IMG/VR virus record: IMGVR_UViG_3300009181_000044
Span: 1-64,000 of that record
DNA length: 64,000 nucleotides
Strand: one strand, 5' to 3'
Source: a virus
How positions within the stretch are numbered: the first letter of the stretch is position 1; each line of letters begins with the position of its first letter. A model generated the notes under the pieces. The model was given only the letters and a program-made list of their open reading frames with translations, ran no database searches and was not told the DNA's origin. Both the position numbers and the translations under genes were made by a program. This document shows positions 57,939 to 64,000 of this stretch, one piece after another.

Positions 57939-58703
57939 ATGGATCCCTTTACACTCTTTGCATTAGCCAATGGTGCTGTGTCTGCTGTAAAAGCAGGGTG
58001 TAAACTCTACAAAGATATAAAGGGAGCTGCTGGTGAGGTTAAAGATGTACTTAAGGATCTTGACAAGCAGTTTAATAAACAATACGAAGGCAAGCCTATA
58101 CCCAGGGAAGCCAAGCAGCAACTTCACGAAGAAAAAGAACGAATTGTTGAGTTAAGCAAAAAAGACCCTGGTGATGTGTACACACAAATTGGCGACCAAT
58201 TAGGCGTGTACTTTGACAACATGGCTAAGTGCATGGCTATTTTTGCTGAAGAAGAACGTCGCAGCAAAGAACTATATACAGGTGAAGAAAGTTTAGGCAA
58301 GCGTGCCCTGCAACGTGTGTTAATGCGTAAAAAGTTGGAACAGATGGCTAAAGAATTGCGCCAGCTGCTAATCTACGAAAGCCCTCCAGAACTAGGTGCC
58401 TTATACACTGACGTTTCTGAAATGATGGAGAAGATCAATAAGGAACAAACAACAGCCCTAGCTAAAAAAATGCGTGAAGATTACGCACGTGAGCAGCGTA
58501 AAAAACATAGAATGCGTAAATTATATGCAGAAGCTGTTTGGGGTATAGTAGCTGTTGCCGTTTGCTGTAGTGTTGGAATATTGTTTGCAGTTATAGTAGA
58601 AGATCGCATTAGAAAATATCCCCATCTTGGCACAGGATGGATCCCTAAATCAGAAGTTCAGCAGCGCACAGACGCAATACCACCAACCTATTTAGGACGT
58701 TAG
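57939..58703 (+). CDS. coiled-coil membrane protein
   Basis: MDPFTL N-terminus, helical body, C-terminal TM. Confidence 0.7.
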   Translation: MDPFTLFALANGAVSAVKAGCKLYKDIKGAAGEVKDVLKDLDKQFNKQYEGKPIPREAKQQLHEEKERIVELSKKDPGDVYTQIGDQLGVYFDNMAKCMAIFAEEERRSKELYTGEESLGKRALQRVLMRKKLEQMAKELRQLLIYESPPELGALYTDVSEMMEKINKEQTTALAKKMREDYAREQRKKHRMRKLYAEAVWGIVAVAVCCSVGILFAVIVEDRIRKYPHLGTGWIPKSEVQQRTDAIPPTYLGR

Positions 58704-58711
58704 GAGATTGT

Positions 58712-58861
58712 ATGAGCGATGAAGATAAATCAACTACTCAGTCTTTTTGTGCTTGGTTGTTATCAATGAGATTTTGGCCAGCAATTTTAATTGTTTGGCT
58801 TGCAGAATTAATTGCAGCAGTTGTAACACTTTTATTAATGTGGTGGTACTTAAAACACTAA
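58712..58861 (+). CDS. small membrane protein (49 aa; not in ORF track)
   Basis: AGGAG RBS, hydrophobic. Confidence 0.5.
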   Translation: MSDEDKSTTQSFCAWLLSMRFWPAILIVWLAELIAAVVTLLLMWWYLKH

Positions 58862-58870
58862 GGAAATTTA

Positions 58871-59173
58871 ATGCACAATGATTTAAAACTATTTAAATGG
58901 GTAGTAATTTTGCTCATGTTACCCTTAGCACTGGCATTTTTTGGTAAAGAAAGTTTTCGCTATCCTTGCCAAGACCCCGCAAACTGGGACAAAGACTTTT
59001 GTAAAATACCTATTTGTGACGTTACCAGAACTTGTCCAGAACATATTTTTAAAGGTCAACGTGACCCTAGATTAGGACCCCCAAAAGATGGGCAAACTCA
59101 AGCACCTGTACCAGTGGCTCCAGCAATGGCATGCCAAGCACGACCAACACAAGGAACCAATTGTGGAAAATAA
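58871..59173 (+). CDS. Cys-rich exported protein
   Basis: Signal/TM segment then RYPCQDPANW...C..P.C....TCP. Confidence 0.7.
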   Translation: MHNDLKLFKWVVILLMLPLALAFFGKESFRYPCQDPANWDKDFCKIPICDVTRTCPEHIFKGQRDPRLGPPKDGQTQAPVPVAPAMACQARPTQGTNCGK

Positions 59174-59600
59174 TTCAATTATCTTTACTGAAGATCAGCT
59201 AATGGCTCGTCTTAAGTTTTTTATTGGTATTTGTTTAGCTCTTACCTTAACTGGTATTGTATTTGTAGTTTTATACTCAATTATTTTTATTACCCAGCCC
59301 CTAAACGCAATCAGCCCAATTGACCAAAAGTTTTTTGAAATGATTATTCCAATTGCTACTTTTTTAACCGGTACATTAAGTGGAATTATGTTATCTGGTG
59401 GCAGTAAAGAAGAAATGGAAATGAAACGCGACATGATTAAGCAAGCACAAGAAAATTCAAATACTTATGCTAAAGCTAATCCTGTTAAGATTGAACCGGT
59501 ATTTCAGTCTGGAATGTCTACAACAGCAGTAGCGCCTGCCACAGTTATTATGATTAACGGCAAACCAGCACCACAACAACCGCCCCAACCGGAGATTTAA
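59163..59600 (+). CDS. 2-TM membrane protein (holin-like candidate)
   Basis: GTG start after AAGGA; two TM segments, IATFLTGTLSG. Confidence 0.6.
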   Translation: MENNSIIFTEDQLMARLKFFIGICLALTLTGIVFVVLYSIIFITQPLNAISPIDQKFFEMIIPIATFLTGTLSGIMLSGGSKEEMEMKRDMIKQAQENSNTYAKANPVKIEPVFQSGMSTTAVAPATVIMINGKPAPQQPPQPEI

Positions 59601-59819
59601 ATGAATAATTTAAAAGCTATGCTATCCGACGATACTGCCGTTAGCAGTAAACGTGTAATTACTTTTCTTGCTTTTTTACTATGTGCTGGCGCTTTTATAG
59701 CAATGGTATATGGTTACACAGTAGATCAAAAACTATTTGATTCTATGATGTATATTGTAATTGCAGGAATAGGATTTACCGCAAGCGAAAAGTTTGCACC
59801 AACCAAGGAACCTAAATGA
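59601..59819 (+). CDS. putative holin
   Basis: SSKR followed by 2 TM segments, SEKF. Confidence 0.55.
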   Translation: MNNLKAMLSDDTAVSSKRVITFLAFLLCAGAFIAMVYGYTVDQKLFDSMMYIVIAGIGFTASEKFAPTKEPK

Positions 59820-60037
59820 AGAATCTATTTTATTCAGTATGCGTAGTTCTAGGAGTTACTTTCCTAACTTTAAACAACCCAGTACTTGCGGAAGCATCAA
59901 CTAAACGGGTATGCGTTGATGTTAAAGATAAAGACGGCAAAGTTGCTAAAGATGCTAAAGGCAATCCAAAACAAAGTTGTAAAGATGTCAAACAGCATAA
60001 AAAGCTAGAAGGCACAGCAGTTCCAGAAAAGAAGTAA
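59816..60037 (+). CDS. small secreted Lys-rich protein
   Basis: Signal peptide, two Cys. Confidence 0.6.
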   Translation: MKNLFYSVCVVLGVTFLTLNNPVLAEASTKRVCVDVKDKDGKVAKDAKGNPKQSCKDVKQHKKLEGTAVPEKK

Positions 60038-60097
60038 CTTAAATAAGCTCCCAGGGCTTATTTAGGCCCTGGTTTTATTAACTAACCAGGCGCAAGT

Positions 60098-60781
60098 ATG
60101 TCAAATTCATCAGGAAAAAAAGCTCGTAGATCTCAAACTCAACCAAATCCTATTGAGTTTGGATTCAAAGATGTTAAACCCTTAAATTATATTCAGGGTG
60201 AGTACTTAGAAGCAATCAAAAATAATGAGATTATATTTGGTATAGGTTCAGCAGGTACTGGAAAAACATATGTGCCAGCATCATATGCTGCTGGCGAGTT
60301 ATTTCACAGACGAATTCAAAAAATTATTTTAACAAGACCTAATGTAGAGACAGGGCGAGGTTTAGGCTTCTTGCCTGGAGAATTAGAGGAGAAATATGCT
60401 CCTTACTTAGATCCATTTGACCAAGTTTTCAGTCGCACGCTTGGCGCAGGTTTCTACGAATACGCTCTAAAATCTAAAGCTATTGAACCAAAACCGCTAG
60501 GTTTTATGCGCGGTGTATCATTTGAAAACGCTATCCTTTTAGTTGATGAAGTTCAAAACATGACTAAAACTGAGTTTAAAATGTTACTATCTAGAATTGG
60601 TAAAAACTGTAAAGTTATCCTTTCTGGAGATCCAGACCAAACTGATATTGCGGATAGTGGCTTACCAGACGCTGTAAATAGATTAACGGACATTCCTGGC
60701 ATTGAAATTGTTAGGTTCTTAGACGAAGACATTGTACGTAGTAAAATGTGTAAACAAATTATTATGGCTTATAGAAATTAA
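60098..60781 (+). CDS. phoH: PhoH-like ATPase
   Basis: GSAGTGKT, LGFLPG, FMRG, DEVQN, GDPDQ. Confidence 0.95.
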   Translation: MSNSSGKKARRSQTQPNPIEFGFKDVKPLNYIQGEYLEAIKNNEIIFGIGSAGTGKTYVPASYAAGELFHRRIQKIILTRPNVETGRGLGFLPGELEEKYAPYLDPFDQVFSRTLGAGFYEYALKSKAIEPKPLGFMRGVSFENAILLVDEVQNMTKTEFKMLLSRIGKNCKVILSGDPDQTDIADSGLPDAVNRLTDIPGIEIVRFLDEDIVRSKMCKQIIMAYRN

Positions 60782-60816
60782 AAAAGCCCCTAAGTAGCAA
60801 TACTTAGGGGCTTTTT
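60781..60816. terminator. bidirectional terminator
   Basis: AAAAAGCCCCTAAGTA-GCAA-TACTTAGGGGCTTTTT between convergent operons. Confidence 0.9.
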
Positions 60817-60831
60817 GTTTTACAGCAAAAT

Positions 60832-61011
60832 TTATTGCATGGTAGCAGCTTCTGGAGCGCTATCTTGCTTTGGCAATTGTGCTTCAGCTTGCTCACGAAC
60901 TTTTTGTGTCAAAGGATTAGCAATTTTGGCAGGCAGCTCTTGCAAACCAGCTAAAATAGCGTTTATTTCGTCAACGGAAAGTTCGGTTAAGGTAAATTTA
61001 GTATCGTTCAT
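60832..61011 (-). CDS. hypothetical protein (59 aa; not in ORF track)
   Basis: MNDTKFTLTELSVDEINAILAGLQELPAKIANPL..., co-oriented with RNR. Confidence 0.6.
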   Translation of the reverse strand: MNDTKFTLTELSVDEINAILAGLQELPAKIANPLTQKVREQAEAQLPKQDSAPEAATMQ

Positions 61012-61029
61012 GTTTATATAGATAAAGGG

Positions 61030-62994
61030 TTATTTAATTGGGCAACTACCCATGGCACAGTCAGCATCTAGAATTTCATCGAAGCTATTGGTGTTTTCTA
61101 AGTTGACTTCTAAGAGTAATTTTACATACTCACTATGGTCTTCTTCAGTTACTACTTCTTGTGGAAGATATAAGTAACCTAAGTCTTTAGCAGTTTTAGT
61201 TGGGTCTGTACGATAGATGAAACTAACGCCTACATAACAATCCCAGTTTTCAAGTAACCAGTCAATAATAGCAGGTACTTCTTCTGTACCATAGCTAATT
61301 GTTACACTAGTGTTTTGCTGTGTCCAACTGGTTTGAATTAGTTTATACTTTTCTAGCTGTTCAATTGCGGAATCTAAATTAACTTCTTTTCCTTCGTGCT
61401 TATGAAATGGAACGTCGTCCCAACAAACTGGGAAAGTTACTAATACACCACTATCATCAGTCGGATGATTAATTACCCTGTAGTTAGCTTCGCGAAGTTT
61501 ATCAACAACAGGGTCATGCTTGGAGAACTGAACATTGTTGAAAATATACTTACCTAACGGCTTATGAATACCTTCTGTAGTATCCATGATCTTTGATAAG
61601 GTACCGGATGGCTTAACACAAGTAATATTTTTAGGAGCTGGCAACCCTAGTTCTTCCGCCATACCTACAGCTGCAGCAGTTGCAGTACGCTTTAGGTACT
61701 CATAGTCATAGCCAGTCATATCAGGACGCTTAGCGATCCCCGTGAGACCGACTCCACAAAGACGCAAGAAGTAATTGTTGAGGTGCCAGGATTCTTGTAA
61801 GATACCATCTTGTAAGTTAACACAAGTCTGTCTGTAATTTGCTCTAGCCGCCAGTCTAATGGCTTTGTGTAACCCTGCGGTGTCGCCCTTGAACTTGCCA
61901 ATGTCCGTTTCCGTAAGGTTACAGAAACTTTTGTTTCCAAGCAAGATCTCGACACAAGGATTGGCACCCTTAAACCAAGGGGCTCTGCGTAACGCCTCAA
62001 CTTCATTGATAAAACCTGGTTCACTTCCACCTGCCTCCAACATTAGTTGAAAAATCTTTTCTAGGTCGCTGCGATGCGGCTTTTCTTTGAATACTAGGCT
62101 ATTATTTGATTGCTGACGGTGACTGTTATTATGTAACCACCAATCTTTTTTAGCTACTGCAAATTCTTCCCATTCTGGTTGTCCGTAATCAAAGAGGGCG
62201 ATCTCAGCGCTACGACGACTAGATAATATAGTGCCCAGATGATTAACAATATCCAGAATATCCATCCGGCTAAGTAAGCTATCAGCACGACCGTTAAGAA
62301 TATTGGCAATAGCAACATAAGCGCTACTAATCGCACTATCACCACTAGAAATCCAACCATAGCCTTTTAACCTTTCGCCAGCAGGACGTAATTGTGAGAA
62401 GTCTAGCACTAATGTATCTGCTGGATATTTACCTGCTAACAACTTACCAATAGACTTTGCCCAAGCTTCTGCTGAGTCACCAATTTGCAGAGTCCACGTT
62501 TTGGTTTGTGAATCCCAAGTTTCGCTATTACTTTCTCGACCACCTTTAGCAGTGCGTTCGCTGCGTACTACACGAATATTTTTGATGGGATTTGAGAATC
62601 CGTTCAGTGTACCAACAATAGGTTTAAATCCTACTCCACAACCTTGTAACAGCAACCATAGAACATCTACTACGTCATAGACTGTTTCAACTTGTGTAAA
62701 ACTGCAATTAAATTGTGATGCTTCACGAGTCTGTGCTACGTTTGTGCCGCCTAACCAAAGTGTGCGACCACTCATTGAAACTTTACGATCTAGCATTAAC
62801 TGCTCAAGATCATAGAGTTCTGCGTATTCTTTGTCATCAAGATCACGTCCAGCAGCTCGCTGCCACAACCATTCTTGGTGATCTACTACTCGGGCAACTG
62901 TATCTTGCCAAGTTTCAAATTGTTTTCCGTCGTCTGAAATTGGTCTATTATATGTACGACGTGTTATTACTTGTGCTCTTGTACTGAATGTCAT
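61030..62994 (-). CDS. nrdJ: class II (AdoCbl-dependent) ribonucleotide reductase
   Basis: FNCSF, GANPCVEI, CNLTE, VKPSGT, C-terminal CxxGxCP. Confidence 0.9.
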   Translation of the reverse strand: MTFSTRAQVITRRTYNRPISDDGKQFETWQDTVARVVDHQEWLWQRAAGRDLDDKEYAELYDLEQLMLDRKVSMSGRTLWLGGTNVAQTREASQFNCSFTQVETVYDVVDVLWLLLQGCGVGFKPIVGTLNGFSNPIKNIRVVRSERTAKGGRESNSETWDSQTKTWTLQIGDSAEAWAKSIGKLLAGKYPADTLVLDFSQLRPAGERLKGYGWISSGDSAISSAYVAIANILNGRADSLLSRMDILDIVNHLGTILSSRRSAEIALFDYGQPEWEEFAVAKKDWWLHNNSHRQQSNNSLVFKEKPHRSDLEKIFQLMLEAGGSEPGFINEVEALRRAPWFKGANPCVEILLGNKSFCNLTETDIGKFKGDTAGLHKAIRLAARANYRQTCVNLQDGILQESWHLNNYFLRLCGVGLTGIAKRPDMTGYDYEYLKRTATAAAVGMAEELGLPAPKNITCVKPSGTLSKIMDTTEGIHKPLGKYIFNNVQFSKHDPVVDKLREANYRVINHPTDDSGVLVTFPVCWDDVPFHKHEGKEVNLDSAIEQLEKYKLIQTSWTQQNTSVTISYGTEEVPAIIDWLLENWDCYVGVSFIYRTDPTKTAKDLGYLYLPQEVVTEEDHSEYVKLLLEVNLENTNSFDEILDADCAMGSCPIK

Positions 62995-63002
62995 GATTTC
63001 CT

Positions 63003-63476
63003 TTATGTACCAGTACTGCCGAAGCCGCCAGTACCGCGTTCTGTGTCGTTCCAAATATCCGTAAATGCAGGCAGCAGAACTGGGATAAGTACCAGCTGTG
63101 CAATTCTATCGCCGCGTTGAATTTTATACGGGTCTTCGGAAATATTTTTTAAGAGAACTTTGATTTCGCCACGATAGTCCGCATCAATGACGCCTACGCT
63201 ATGAGGCATAGTAATTCCCTTTTTTCCTTGACTGCTTCTGTTAAATATAAAGCCTGCGTAACCCTCTGGAAGTTTTATCGCTACTCCTGTACCAACAAGT
63301 TTTTGTTCTCCAGGATAGATTTCCAAATCTTCCATACTCATTAAATCTGCACCAGCGTCAGTGGGGTTAGCACGTTTTGGCAAGAATGCTTCGTCTTCTA
63401 CTAGACAAGGGATTTGTTGTTTGATCGCAACTGCACGATTGTGGTCGTAGGTTTGGTTAATGTTTAAAAAGCTCAT
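63003..63476 (-). CDS. dut: trimeric dUTPase
   Basis: AGADL, RSS, GVIDADYRGE, RGTGGFGSTG. Confidence 0.95.
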   Translation of the reverse strand: MSFLNINQTYDHNRAVAIKQQIPCLVEDEAFLPKRANPTDAGADLMSMEDLEIYPGEQKLVGTGVAIKLPEGYAGFIFNRSSQGKKGITMPHSVGVIDADYRGEIKVLLKNISEDPYKIQRGDRIAQLVLIPVLLPAFTDIWNDTERGTGGFGSTGT

Positions 63477-64000
63477 TTTATATATAGTTCTAGGGTTTCG
63501 TCTATTTGTTTACAATTATCTGCACCAATGGCTTCTTCACAGTACGTGACCAAGTCCATTAGTTGATAGTTTAGCATTAGTTGTTCTCGGCACTGGTTGA
63601 GTGCTTCAATATATTTATATTTACCAGTAAGTGGAATACTTGCAATAATATCGTAAGTACTGCCGTATTCATTAATAAGTCCCACGGCTCGTTTAGGCCC
63701 AATACCAGGTACGCCAGCAACATTGTCACCACTATCGCCTGTAAGACACTTAATACTAATGTAGTCTTCTGGCTCAAAATCATAGTGATCGTGCCAGTTA
63801 TTAAAGGTCACTTCTTTTCTGGTAACATAGCTAAATCTTGAAATATTGTTTTGAACTAACAAGTCCCAGTCTTTATCGCTTGATACAAGCCAGATATTTT
63901 CTACAGGCAGTTTTGATTTTTTACTAACAATGTACGCAGCTATGTCATCTGCCTCAACACCCTGAAACTTAATAACTGGATATTCTGTATTTTCTTGAAT
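63473..64000 (-). CDS. 5'-3' exonuclease / flap endonuclease (T5 D15-like), 5' part outside window
   Basis: EADDIAA, SSDKDWDLL, GDSGDNV.GVPGIG.K.A. Confidence 0.9.
   Translation of the reverse strand: MQENTEYPVIKFQGVEADDIAAYIVSKKSKLPVENIWLVSSDKDWDLLVQNNISRFSYVTRKEVTFNNWHDHYDFEPEDYISIKCLTGDSGDNVAGVPGIGPKRAVGLINEYGSTYDIIASIPLTGKYKYIEALNQCREQLMLNYQLMDLVTYCEEAIGADNCKQIDETLELYIK

Noticed and set aside
11579-62994. Inteins, introns or stop-codon reassignment in TerL, capsid or RNR
   Set aside because: ORFs have normal lengths and are intact in the standard code; the only tRNA is Glu, not a suppressor

Overview
This window is part of a lytic T5-like (Demerecviridae-like) siphophage genome, probably from freshwater. 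Family calls are made by eye from sequence motifs and recalled T5/lambda proteins, without a database search. Layout: (i) 1-1.8 kb, early genes on +. (ii) 1.8-3.1 kb, an ORF-free minus-strand RNA cluster containing tRNA-Glu, a CCA-ending tRNA-sized RNA, a complete hammerhead ribozyme and a 360-500 nt highly structured RNA. A dense cluster of TGACCCTAAA motifs overlaps this region. (iii) 3.1-9.9 kb, a T5 pre-early-like region of small minus-strand genes (three of four A2-like paralogues, exonuclease, HAD phosphatase, SprT-like, PQ-loop) separated by about 10 copies of a palindrome-rich promoter cassette, plus three packed sigma-54 motifs. (iv) 10-60 kb, late genes on +: TerS, glycosyltransferase, IscA, TerL, a gpK-like peptidase with what looks like a split pb5-type tail-tip module, Dps, HNH nickase, portal, fused protease-capsid, tail genes, a 2.3k-aa tape measure, about 18 kb of fibre/chaperone genes, lysis genes and PhoH. 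(v) 60.8-64 kb, convergent DNA-metabolism genes (class II RNR, dUTPase, flap endonuclease). The best candidates for undescribed systems are the ribozyme-containing ncRNA operon, the motif and cassette architecture of the presumed first-step-transfer region, and the peptidase plus CFI-box-like split receptor-binding module.
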